Origin: a virus
Virus record (IMG/VR): IMGVR_UViG_3300029319_007985
Location: 96,001-160,000 of that record
Length of the DNA stretch: 64,000 bases
Reading direction: 5' to 3' (one strand)
Shown here one piece after another: positions 38,336-47,315 of this stretch (its first letter is position 1; each line of letters opens with the position of its first letter). The notes under the pieces were generated by a model. That model saw only the letters and a list, made by a program, of their open reading frames with translations. It made no database searches and was not told the origin of the DNA. Both the position numbers and the translations under genes were made by a program.

Positions 38336-39625
38336 ATGTTAGAAAAACTCTTTGGTTTGACAAAAGCCGGGACTTCAGTGAAAACTGAAATCATGGCCGG
38401 AGTCGCCACTTTCCTAACAATGGCTTATATCACGGTAGTAAATCCTGCAATCTTAAGTACTGAAGGTTCGGGAATGGATTTTGGCGCTGTATTCACAGCG
38501 ACAATTATTGCCGCTGTAATAGGAACATTGATAATGGGACTATGGGCCAATTGGCCGATAGCACTTGCACCAGGTATGGGACTAAATGCGTTCTTTACAT
38601 TTGGTGTAATATTTGGAATGGGTTATACATTTTCTCAGGCCTTGGCCGCTGTATTTGTGGCAGGGGTAGTGTTTATCGTTTTGTCGGTGACACCAGCGAG
38701 AAAATATATTATCAACTCTATTCCAAAAAGTATGAAACTAGGCGTTGGAGCCGGTATAGGATTATTCCTTGCCATCATAGGTTTTAAGAACGCTGGTATT
38801 GTAGTGGATCATCCTGCTACATTAGTTGGACTTGGTGATATTTCAAGTTGGCCTGTTTTATTAGCAGGCGCAGGTTTTGCCACAATGGCAATACTTGATA
38901 GAAGAAAGATCCCAGGTGCAATAATAATTGGAATCTTAGCAGTCTCAGTGATTGCTTGGGTCTTTGGTATATCTGATCTAAAAGGTGTAGCCGGTGCTAT
39001 TCCAAGTCCTGCACATGCGTTCAGTTTAGACTTTAGTCTAATTGCTACTGCAGGTTTCATTGGTACTGCGTTTGCATTCTTGTTTGTGGACTTTATGGAC
39101 ACAGCAGGAACTTTGACTTCAGTTGCTAACCTTACTGGTAAAGTAAACAAAAGCGGCGAAGTGGAAGGCATTGACAGAGCATTGCTATCTGATTCGGTAG
39201 CAACAACTGTTGGAGCACTTGCAGGTACTTCTAACACTACTTCTTACATAGAAAGTGGTGCTGGAGTAAAAGAAGGCGGTAGAACAGGTTTGACAGCGGT
39301 AACAGTGGCGGTGCTATTTTTAGCCTGCTTATTCTTTGCCCCGCTGGCACAGAGTATACCTAAGTTCGCCACTGCACCAGCACTTATATTCATTGCAACC
39401 TACTTCTTGAGAAACCTCAAGGACATCGATTGGGATGATGTGAGTGAGTATGCACCTGCCGTATTAGCGGCGGTGATCATGCCATTAACTTTCAGTATTG
39501 CCTATGGTATTGCGATAGGTTTTATTGCTTATGTTGTAATCAAAGCATTAAGCGGTAAACAATCACAATTGAACAAAGGTAGTATTGCAATAGCGGCAGT
39601 AAGTTTAGTTTACTTCGCTGTATAA
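38336..39625 (+). CDS. NCS2/AzgA-family purine (guanine/hypoxanthine/adenine) permease
   Basis: EIMAGVATFLTMAYI, APGMGLNAFF, DFMDTAGT and YIESGAGV.EGGRTG motifs; many TMs. Confidence 0.93.
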   Translation: MLEKLFGLTKAGTSVKTEIMAGVATFLTMAYITVVNPAILSTEGSGMDFGAVFTATIIAAVIGTLIMGLWANWPIALAPGMGLNAFFTFGVIFGMGYTFSQALAAVFVAGVVFIVLSVTPARKYIINSIPKSMKLGVGAGIGLFLAIIGFKNAGIVVDHPATLVGLGDISSWPVLLAGAGFATMAILDRRKIPGAIIIGILAVSVIAWVFGISDLKGVAGAIPSPAHAFSLDFSLIATAGFIGTAFAFLFVDFMDTAGTLTSVANLTGKVNKSGEVEGIDRALLSDSVATTVGALAGTSNTTSYIESGAGVKEGGRTGLTAVTVAVLFLACLFFAPLAQSIPKFATAPALIFIATYFLRNLKDIDWDDVSEYAPAVLAAVIMPLTFSIAYGIAIGFIAYVVIKALSGKQSQLNKGSIAIAAVSLVYFAV

Positions 39626-39631
39626 TCATTA

Positions 39632-39650
39632 GGGGGACTTTTTGTCCCCC
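39632..39650 (+). terminator. GC-rich hairpin after the permease gene
   Basis: GGGGGAC-TTTTT-GTCCCCC; no clear U-tract follows. Confidence 0.5.
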
Positions 39651-39677
39651 CATTGACAAATCTTCTAAATACTTCAT

Positions 39678-40610
39678 ATGCATTACCTAATATTGACTCC
39701 GGATGGTGTTGGATCAACAATACTACAAAGATTACTGACTGTAAGTTTACATTTACAAAATAAAAAAGTAGTAAACACACACGAACTAACTAACGGATTG
39801 GAACTTACAAAAAGCCTTGTGAGGAAAAACCCTAGCATAGGTTATAAACAATCTTTAAAAGAGATTGAAAGTCTTTTGCAAAAAAATGATGAAGAAACAA
39901 GACTTGTTAGCAGATTAGCAAAATATCATATAGATAAAAGACAAGACAACTCTGCTGATCAATATGAATTTTATAATTTTTTGAACAATTTTTTCCACAC
40001 GAAAATTATGTGTGTGAGGAAAAATATTTTCGAATATGCAATGAGTTGGAGTATTAGGAAAAAATCAGGTGTACTCAATGTATATAATAAAAAAGACAAG
40101 GAAAAAGTTTTACAAGTTACAGATGTAGATGAAGAATATTTTTTAAAAAAATGTATGGATTACGTAAACTATGTTAAATGGATTGAAAAGTATTTTAAAA
40201 ATGTCAAGGTAATTTCCTATGAAGACATGCTAATCGAAAGTGATAAGGTTATTGCGGAACTTACTAATAACAACAAAACTTTTGAAAGCAATTTTGGAGT
40301 AACATGCAGTAATATCATTAAAAAAGAATATGAACTTTTCAATTTTCTATCTAACAAAAATTTAAAACACAATATTAGCAGGAAAGAGCAAAAAGCAATA
40401 CTATTATATAAAAAAGTTGGTAATGAATTAATTAAAAAAAATATCATACATTCGTTACCAATTAAGAACACAACATTGACTGATAAACAGAAACAGATAA
40501 AAAATTTTCAAACATGTCTAAACAAATTTTACAAATTTGCTAAAAACCATAACTGGATAGATCAAAGCAATGCAACTTATGATTTTTGGAATAAAACGCA
40601 CATATGCTGA
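39678..40610 (+). CDS. Sulfotransferase-like P-loop protein
   Basis: LTPDGVGSTILQR, VRKNIFEYAMSW and ISYEDM pattern. Confidence 0.5.
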   Translation: MHYLILTPDGVGSTILQRLLTVSLHLQNKKVVNTHELTNGLELTKSLVRKNPSIGYKQSLKEIESLLQKNDEETRLVSRLAKYHIDKRQDNSADQYEFYNFLNNFFHTKIMCVRKNIFEYAMSWSIRKKSGVLNVYNKKDKEKVLQVTDVDEEYFLKKCMDYVNYVKWIEKYFKNVKVISYEDMLIESDKVIAELTNNNKTFESNFGVTCSNIIKKEYELFNFLSNKNLKHNISRKEQKAILLYKKVGNELIKKNIIHSLPIKNTTLTDKQKQIKNFQTCLNKFYKFAKNHNWIDQSNATYDFWNKTHIC

Positions 40611-41290
40611 AAATACAGAATAAAATAAACTTAAATCAAAAAACAAGCGGTATGGACACTTACAAATGGTGCCGTAATAAAAATTATTTCAAAAACTATA
40701 AAAAAGAAATTTCATACTCGTATAACAGTAAAGGTTTCAGAGATAAAGAATGGCCTAAAGATTTATCAGAGGCGATTTGGTGTGTTGGAGATAGTTTCAC
40801 AGTGGGTATGGGACAGCCTTTCAATGAAACTTGGCCACAGTTATTGGAAAGAGCCACTGGTAAGAGATGTATAAATGTTGCTGAAGATGGATGTAGTAAT
40901 GATGTTATATCCAAAAGGATCAAAAAAATCCATCAACTTTACAAGCCTAAATGGATTGTGGTAATGTGGTCTTACCTGCACAGAAGACAGGACAAACATT
41001 ATGACAAAACAGATTTTGGTTTAAAAGAAGACTTAAAAAATTTTAAAAAAAATTATGACATCGCACAATTATGCAACTCAAATATCATACATCTTTTAAT
41101 TCCAGATGCTATTATTGAAAACACCAAAAGACAAAAATATTTTTTTAAGAAACACGGTGTAAAAAACATACATTGTTTTAGTCAAATAGATTACGGAAGA
41201 GATTACCAGCATTTTGGTTTAAAAACAAGTAAAAAAATATGTTCTTTAATTGTAAAAAAAATAAAAGACTTTGACAAAAGACCTAAATAA
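40604..41290 (+). CDS. SGNH hydrolase-like protein
   Basis: NSKGFRD, VGDSFTVG and DYQHFG motifs. Confidence 0.7.
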   Translation: MLKIQNKINLNQKTSGMDTYKWCRNKNYFKNYKKEISYSYNSKGFRDKEWPKDLSEAIWCVGDSFTVGMGQPFNETWPQLLERATGKRCINVAEDGCSNDVISKRIKKIHQLYKPKWIVVMWSYLHRRQDKHYDKTDFGLKEDLKNFKKNYDIAQLCNSNIIHLLIPDAIIENTKRQKYFFKKHGVKNIHCFSQIDYGRDYQHFGLKTSKKICSLIVKKIKDFDKRPK

Positions 41291-41299
41291 TAATATAAT
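41271..41299 (+). promoter_or_regulatory. Sigma70-like promoter
   Basis: TTGACA-N17-TATAAT; ATG 6 nt downstream. Confidence 0.7.
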
Positions 41300-41305
41300 A
41301 ATACT

Positions 41306-41497
41306 ATGGCAAAAAAACAAGCAAAAGGATTATCACTTAGGATTTCACTCGATGAATACGAGGCCTTGCGAGAACAAGCAAAAATAAATGACAAGGTAAT
41401 AACAGATCCAGATTTAATAAACACGATTGATAAAATCGAAGAACTAGTAGCAAAATTAAGAAAGCGTATTGTTAGAAAGGATATCTACGAAGCATGA
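41306..41497 (+). CDS. Small hypothetical protein (RHH-like N-terminus)
   Basis: LSLRISLDEYEALREQA. Confidence 0.6.
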   Translation: MAKKQAKGLSLRISLDEYEALREQAKINDKVITDPDLINTIDKIEELVAKLRKRIVRKDIYEA

Positions 41498-41886
41498 GTA
41501 ATATAGCAGGAAAAATTTGGGGCCAAACAGAATTAATACACAAAAATGGTGTTCTAGAATTCCACAGGATAGACTATAAAGCAGGATACAAATGTTCTGA
41601 ACACGAACACAAATATAAATGGAATGGATTCTTTGTTGAATCAGGGAAAATGCTTGTAAGAGTATGGCAAGACGATCAAGGTCTTGTAGATGAAACAATT
41701 TTGAATGCAGGAGACTTCACACAGGTTAAGCCAGGTAAAGTGCATCAGTTTGAAGGACTTGAAGATGGTGTTGCTTTTGAACTGTATTGGGCAGAGTTCA
41801 ACCACGATGACATTGTGAGAAGGACTTCAGGCACAGTTGTTGATAACAAGGTTGTTAGACTAGATACAAAAAAATCTAAGAAATAA
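41494..41886 (+). CDS. Cupin-fold protein
   Basis: SEHEH...FFVESG and VKPGKVHQF motifs. Confidence 0.75.
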   Translation: MSNIAGKIWGQTELIHKNGVLEFHRIDYKAGYKCSEHEHKYKWNGFFVESGKMLVRVWQDDQGLVDETILNAGDFTQVKPGKVHQFEGLEDGVAFELYWAEFNHDDIVRRTSGTVVDNKVVRLDTKKSKK

Positions 41887-42038
41887 TGACCGAAGAAGAG
41901 TACTTGCAAACTTTTGTTCGAGAATACAAAGAAGAAATCGAATCAGAAAAAGAAAAAGCACGTCAAGAAAAAATAAGGCAAGGTAAATTTACCATTGAAG
42001 AAATACTACAAGCGATAGATGAAATTTATAGTTCTTAA
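41886..42038 (+). CDS. 50-aa acidic protein (not in ORF track)
   Basis: MTEEEYLQTFVREYKEE...; TAATG coupling. Confidence 0.55.
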   Translation: MTEEEYLQTFVREYKEEIESEKEKARQEKIRQGKFTIEEILQAIDEIYSS

Positions 42039-42067
42039 TAGACAAAATTTACATAATCGTGTATAAT
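42039..42067 (+). promoter_or_regulatory. Sigma70-like promoter for queE
   Basis: TAGACA-N17-TATAAT; ATG 7 nt downstream. Confidence 0.65.
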
Positions 42068-42074
42068 AGTACAA

Positions 42075-42962
42075 ATGGACAAACTAAGATATTCGGAAAT
42101 ATTTTATAGTGTGCAAGGAGAAGGGCGTTTTGTTGGTGTGCCCAGTGTGTTCTTTAGGGTGTTTGGCTGTAACTTCAACTGCCATGGTTTTGGACAAGGC
42201 AGAGATGAATCAAAGTGGTTAAAGCCGGAAGAGATGCCATACATGACACAAGACTTGTCACACGTGAATCATGTGAGAGATTTGCCTGTGGTGGAGATAG
42301 GTTGTGATGCAAGTGCCAGTTGGAGTTCGAGATACAAACACTTGGTTGCTTGGGAATCGATCGACGACATCGCGAAAAAAATTACTGCGTACACGCCGAA
42401 CAAAAAATGGACAAATGACAACGGCACAGACATACACTTTATCATCACTGGCGGTGAGCCAATGTTGTGGCAAAGAGAAACGCAGATACTTCTAAGACAA
42501 AAAGAATTCAACAGTTTAAAAAACTTGACTATAGAAACAAACTGCACACAACCGTTCAAAGCAGGTTTCGATAAATTTTTACAAGGACTAGTAGCAGGAG
42601 ATTATACCAAAGAACCAGTACACATCACTTGGTCAACTTCGCCAAAATTATCAATATCGGGAGAAGACTGGGATAAAGCAATAAAGCCTGAGGTTGCCAA
42701 ACAATATTTTGATATACCCAACAGTCATTTGTATTTCAAGTTCGTAGTCCAGGATGAACAGGATCTAGCAGAGGTTGATAAGGCACGAGAAGAGTATAGC
42801 AAAGCAGGAGTTGATGCAGACATCTACTTAATGGCTGTAGGAGCAACTCAAGAAGGGCAGGCAAAAACAGCAAAGCAGGTGGCAGATGTGGCAATGAAGA
42901 ATGGATACAAGTATTCTCCAAGACTGCATGTTGATTTATTTGGTAATAAGTGGGGCACATAA
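42075..42962 (+). CDS. queE: 7-carboxy-7-deazaguanine synthase (radical SAM)
   Basis: EIFYSVQGEG, RVFGCNFNC...CD, ITGGEP, IETN, SPKL and SPRLH motifs. Confidence 0.88.
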   Translation: MDKLRYSEIFYSVQGEGRFVGVPSVFFRVFGCNFNCHGFGQGRDESKWLKPEEMPYMTQDLSHVNHVRDLPVVEIGCDASASWSSRYKHLVAWESIDDIAKKITAYTPNKKWTNDNGTDIHFIITGGEPMLWQRETQILLRQKEFNSLKNLTIETNCTQPFKAGFDKFLQGLVAGDYTKEPVHITWSTSPKLSISGEDWDKAIKPEVAKQYFDIPNSHLYFKFVVQDEQDLAEVDKAREEYSKAGVDADIYLMAVGATQEGQAKTAKQVADVAMKNGYKYSPRLHVDLFGNKWGT

Positions 42963-43001
42963 AAACTTGAACATTGCTTTAAAATAAGATATAATACTAT
43001 T

Positions 43002-43322
43002 ATGAAAGTTAAAAAAACAAAAAACACAAAAGCAAAGGCTAAGACCAAAGGAAAGAAAAGCGAAGATCCAATGGTCAAGGTTATCAAACTTCATGTGCAA
43101 CCAGAAAATCCAAGGAATGGATTTTTTGAACTTGACTGGAATGATGAATTTGTTAACATGCTAAGACAGAGTGGTTATCAGGGAGAGTCACAGGAAGAAG
43201 TTGTTGATCGTTGGTTTCAAACACTTTGCAGAACAGTTGGCAACGAACAAGGACTAGATGTGACTGGTGCTGGATATGTACAAATCAATAGAAGAGACGA
43301 CGGCAAAACTGAAGTCTCTTAA
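43002..43322 (+). CDS. Hypothetical phage protein
   Basis: GFFELDWNDEFV; TATAAT upstream. Confidence 0.7.
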   Translation: MKVKKTKNTKAKAKTKGKKSEDPMVKVIKLHVQPENPRNGFFELDWNDEFVNMLRQSGYQGESQEEVVDRWFQTLCRTVGNEQGLDVTGAGYVQINRRDDGKTEVS

Positions 43323-44295
43323 TTTTGTTTTAATTTTTGAAAGTAAAAAAACTAAAAACAAAATAAACATTCAATTCAATAACAAGACTATTTCAAGTCG
43401 CACAGACATAAGCATCACAGACATAGGGCAAAAAGTTAATCTCAAATTCAGTGGATTCGTGCCTAATGATCCAGAACAAAAAATTTTATGTTTTTTGTTA
43501 TACCAGAATAGAATTTTATCCATCAAAAACATAGCAAATTTTTCGGTACAAGGTAATCAGTATGTTGAAGATAAAATACTTTATGACTGTGACCAAATAA
43601 ATTTTAACGGAACCTTAACAATTACTTTCACAAAGCACTGGATAGAACACAATATTTTAAATGGCGCATATCTTGAAAATTTTGTAAATTGGGAATATCC
43701 TAAATTTACAGATGAAAAAGTCTTTTGCTTTGGAGACAGTTGGACAGCAGGACACGGAGTTGGAGCAGATGAGACATGGCCAAGCATACTTGATGCAAAG
43801 TCTTTTAATTTTGGATCAAAGGGACTAAGCCATGATGGGATATGTAAAAATGTTGCCTACGTACTGAAGAAAAGCAGACACGTTGACACAGTAATATGTT
43901 TATTTCCAGGTGCCACCAGGAAATTGTTAACATTTGAATGCCTTGACAAAAAAGGACATATACCTATCGGTATGCAGACCCCATGGGAACTGCCAACTGA
44001 ATATCGTGATTATGTAGCGGAGGCAAGGAAATTGATTATGGATAAAGAATATATTACAAATGACTGGATAGAATCTGTAGAAAAAGTTTCAGAGATGTGC
44101 AAAGACCAAAATGTGAAATGTTGGATATCGACTTGGTCAGATGAGTTACATAACTTTATTCCTGCTGAAAATAAATTACCAAGTTTTCCAAGTTTAGATA
44201 CTTTCATGGATAGGGCAAAAGATGGTAAACATCCACACAAAAAACACTACGATCTGTTTGTAAAACTTATAAAACCATACATAGACAAAAATTAA
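43267..44295 (+). CDS. SGNH hydrolase-like protein with N-terminal beta domain (start uncertain)
   Basis: FGDSWTAG, NFGSKG and DGKHPH motifs. Confidence 0.65.
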   Translation: MLDMYKSIEETTAKLKSLNFVLIFESKKTKNKINIQFNNKTISSRTDISITDIGQKVNLKFSGFVPNDPEQKILCFLLYQNRILSIKNIANFSVQGNQYVEDKILYDCDQINFNGTLTITFTKHWIEHNILNGAYLENFVNWEYPKFTDEKVFCFGDSWTAGHGVGADETWPSILDAKSFNFGSKGLSHDGICKNVAYVLKKSRHVDTVICLFPGATRKLLTFECLDKKGHIPIGMQTPWELPTEYRDYVAEARKLIMDKEYITNDWIESVEKVSEMCKDQNVKCWISTWSDELHNFIPAENKLPSFPSLDTFMDRAKDGKHPHKKHYDLFVKLIKPYIDKN

Positions 44296-44310
44296 GACCT
44301 ATGTTATAAT
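44282..44310 (+). promoter_or_regulatory. Sigma70-like promoter for rnh
   Basis: TAGACA-N17-TATAAT with TGn; ATG 5 nt downstream. Confidence 0.65.
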
Positions 44311-44315
44311 ATGGT

Positions 44316-45299
44316 ATGACACACATACTTGTAGATACGGCTAATACTTTTTTCAGAGCAAGACACGTTATCAGAGGTGATACATCGGAAAAAATTGGTA
44401 TGGCCATTCATATCACCATGAACTCAATTAAGAAAGCGTGGGCAGACTTTGATGGTACACATTTAGTTTTTTGTTTGGAGGGGAGATCTTGGCGTAAGGA
44501 TCATTATGCTCCTTACAAAAGAAATAGGAAGGACGCCATTGAAGCAATGAGTCCGCTAGAAAAAGAAGAAAATGAAGTGTTTTGGGAGTGCTATGATGAC
44601 TTTGTAAAATTTCTAAAAGAAAAGACAAACGCAACAGTTTTACAAAATCCCCGAGCAGAAGCAGATGATTTGATAGCAAGATGGATTGATAGACATCCTG
44701 AACAAAAACACGTAATATTGAGCACAGATAAGGATCTAAACCAGTTAGTAAATTCAAGAGTGAAGCAATATAATGGTGTTACAGAACAAACAATCACCCA
44801 TGAGGGATGGTTCGACAAAAAAGGAAATCCTGTCATAGATAAAAAAACTAAGGAAGTCAAGAAAGCACCTGACCCTGAATGGATTTTATTTGAAAAATCT
44901 ATGAGAGGTGATCCAAGTGATAATATTTTTAGTGCATATCCAGGTGTGCGAACAAAGGGCACAAAAAATAAAATTGGCTTACTAGAAGCATTTGCTGACA
45001 GGAATGCAAAAGGCTACACGTGGAATAACCTCATGTTAAGTAAATGGGTAGATGCTGAAGGAAAAGAACATAGGGTACTCGACGACTACGAACGAAACAA
45101 ACTTTTAGTAGATCTACATGCCCAGCCTACGCCGATAATAGAAGAACTTGACCAAACTATCGATCAGGCAAAGGCAGAAAACAAAAATATAAGCCAAGTA
45201 GGAATAAGATTTATGAAATTTTGTGGCAAGTATGATCTACAAAGAATATCTGAACAAGCACAGTTATACGTAGAACCATTTAATGCGAGACTAATATGA
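44316..45299 (+). CDS. rnh: T4 RNase H-like 5'-3' exonuclease (FEN family)
   Basis: ILVD, SWRK..Y.PYKRNR, EADDLI, STDKDLNQL and GDPSDNI motifs. Confidence 0.88.
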   Translation: MTHILVDTANTFFRARHVIRGDTSEKIGMAIHITMNSIKKAWADFDGTHLVFCLEGRSWRKDHYAPYKRNRKDAIEAMSPLEKEENEVFWECYDDFVKFLKEKTNATVLQNPRAEADDLIARWIDRHPEQKHVILSTDKDLNQLVNSRVKQYNGVTEQTITHEGWFDKKGNPVIDKKTKEVKKAPDPEWILFEKSMRGDPSDNIFSAYPGVRTKGTKNKIGLLEAFADRNAKGYTWNNLMLSKWVDAEGKEHRVLDDYERNKLLVDLHAQPTPIIEELDQTIDQAKAENKNISQVGIRFMKFCGKYDLQRISEQAQLYVEPFNARLI

Positions 45300-46084
45300 A
45301 TGTAGGTTTCATAGGGTTGGGCACAGTTGGCGCCTGCATAGCCAAGGCATTACTTAGACGTGGATACGAATTAACAGTTTTTAATAGGACAGTTTCAAAA
45401 GCAAAAAAATTTGCTAAGAAACATTACTGCAATTTCGTCTACACTATCGAAGAACTTTGCTGTGCAGAGAAAATTATTTTTATATGTGTTGATACTGAGG
45501 AGTCTGTAAAACAAATTTCTTCTGAATTAAAAAAGCATCTTAAACCAAAATCTATAGTTATAGATCATAGCACAATTAATTTTGAGATTTCAAAACGATT
45601 ACACGCCGACTTTAAAAAGCATAAAATTAGTTTTTTAGATGCTCCTGTGACTGGCGGAGAAGAAGGCGCTGGAAAACAGATTGGCGGAGTAATGGTTGGT
45701 GGGGACAGAAAAACATTTAAAGCAGTTGAGGAAATGATTAGATCCTATTCTAAGACCGTTGAATATATGGGACCATCTGGACAAGGACAATTAACCAAGA
45801 TTGCAAATCAGATATGTAGTTTTAACACAAAACAAGGAATATTTGAAGCATTGGACTTTGCAAATAGATGTAAGTTGGATAGGCAGAAACTTATAAAAAT
45901 ATTGCTAAGTGGCTCAGCACAAAGCCTGCAATTACGTAAAAATAAAAAATTCATTCAAAAGAAAGTTTTTGAAAAATTAAGGCCACACGCACGAAAAGAA
46001 ATTGGTATTACAATAAAAAATGCAAATAAGAAAAAAATACGGTTGCTATGCACAGAACAAATTGCTAAAATAATAAAAACATGA
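45296..46084 (+). CDS. Beta-hydroxyacid dehydrogenase family NAD(P)-dependent oxidoreductase
   Basis: GFIGLGTVG, IDHST, LDAPVTGG and GQLTKIANQ motifs. Confidence 0.85.
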   Translation: MNVGFIGLGTVGACIAKALLRRGYELTVFNRTVSKAKKFAKKHYCNFVYTIEELCCAEKIIFICVDTEESVKQISSELKKHLKPKSIVIDHSTINFEISKRLHADFKKHKISFLDAPVTGGEEGAGKQIGGVMVGGDRKTFKAVEEMIRSYSKTVEYMGPSGQGQLTKIANQICSFNTKQGIFEALDFANRCKLDRQKLIKILLSGSAQSLQLRKNKKFIQKKVFEKLRPHARKEIGITIKNANKKKIRLLCTEQIAKIIKT

Positions 46085-46587
46085 CAATAAATGCAAAAAC
46101 ATTAGTAAAAGATAAATTTTGGATACTTGAGGAGAATGGTAGTAAACTTGGCACTCTACAGAAAAAAGATGGTAATGGATGGATCTTTTTAAGTAAGCAA
46201 GACCAAAGGCAAGTTTTCCATACGCCGGAGAGCCTTAGAGAAAAATTTGGTATTGATATCTTTACAGTAGAACCAAAAATTGAAGAACCAGTTGAGCAAG
46301 AACAAAACTTGTTTGTACATGGTTATCCAGTTTCACAGAAGCCTTTCAATCCAATGTTCGATGTGCAGAAACAATTGCCAATTTATTCAAAGACACAAAA
46401 AAGTAAAAGTTTGTTTTGCGCAGGATACTACATCATTTGCTTTGAAAAAGGCTGGAGGAAGGCCTACTGTCCGAAACTAATTACTTTACAACGTTATCCT
46501 TATAAAGGACCTATGAAAACAAAACTAGAAATGCAACAAATATTAAACAATGCAATCAAAGAACAAAATACAAACACGTCCAATTGA
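46081..46587 (+). CDS. Hypothetical phage protein
   Basis: SKSLFCAGYYII...CPKLITL. Confidence 0.75.
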   Translation: MTINAKTLVKDKFWILEENGSKLGTLQKKDGNGWIFLSKQDQRQVFHTPESLREKFGIDIFTVEPKIEEPVEQEQNLFVHGYPVSQKPFNPMFDVQKQLPIYSKTQKSKSLFCAGYYIICFEKGWRKAYCPKLITLQRYPYKGPMKTKLEMQQILNNAIKEQNTNTSN

Positions 46588-46804
46588 AGATTTTATTGGA
46601 CAAGTGAGAACTGCTAAAAGCGGACAACAGAAACAAATCACTTTGCCTATTAAAGAAGCAGAAAAACTTGCTGACAGTCTTGCCCAGACAATGACTAGAC
46701 TAGCAGGAATCCAAGAAGAAATAATTGAAGCATATAAATCTGTCCAGCAGACACAGAACGTCAACGTCGAAATGGATGGTGGCAATTTTAAAAGTGAAAA
46801 ATAA
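46550..46804 (+). CDS. Hypothetical protein
   Basis: Helical ORF ending MDGGNF. Confidence 0.65.
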   Translation: MQSKNKIQTRPIEDFIGQVRTAKSGQQKQITLPIKEAEKLADSLAQTMTRLAGIQEEIIEAYKSVQQTQNVNVEMDGGNFKSEK

Positions 46805-47315
46805 TATCCAAATCGTATTACACAAAGGTGGTTTTGCAGGAGATTTAGTCACTGCATTGTACGACCAAACTGCCCTACTTAATTTAAACAGCACTGGAAA
46901 AATTAGTCTACGTCCTGAAAGAACACTGTTGCAACAAGAAAATCAATTGTCACTAGATGAAAAAAACAGTTTACTTGAACAACAAAAAGTTCTAAGTGTG
47001 TGTGATCCTGAGTTCAGTTTGTTACATCAGAAAGGCACATTGTTTTTGTACAGCAGTGATAAGAAAATGACAGATTTCTTTTGCCATAGGTTTGCAAAAC
47101 ACAATCCAGAATACTTTAAATCAGTCACAATAAGTGAATACTCAGACGAACATGACAAATGGAGAGACTTCTGGATTAATAAGTTTACCCACAAGTTGGA
47201 TATGTCTAAGATTTTTGAAGATTATTTTCTAGATAATATGCCCTTTATGTCAAAAGATGACACCAAAGTTACTTTATTTGAAAATTGGAAAAAGTTAAAC
47301 AGCATTCTCCAGTAA
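46725..47315 (+). CDS. Hypothetical protein (start uncertain)
   Basis: GGFAGD motif near the N-terminus. Confidence 0.6.
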   Translation: MKHINLSSRHRTSTSKWMVAILKVKNNIQIVLHKGGFAGDLVTALYDQTALLNLNSTGKISLRPERTLLQQENQLSLDEKNSLLEQQKVLSVCDPEFSLLHQKGTLFLYSSDKKMTDFFCHRFAKHNPEYFKSVTISEYSDEHDKWRDFWINKFTHKLDMSKIFEDYFLDNMPFMSKDDTKVTLFENWKKLNSILQ

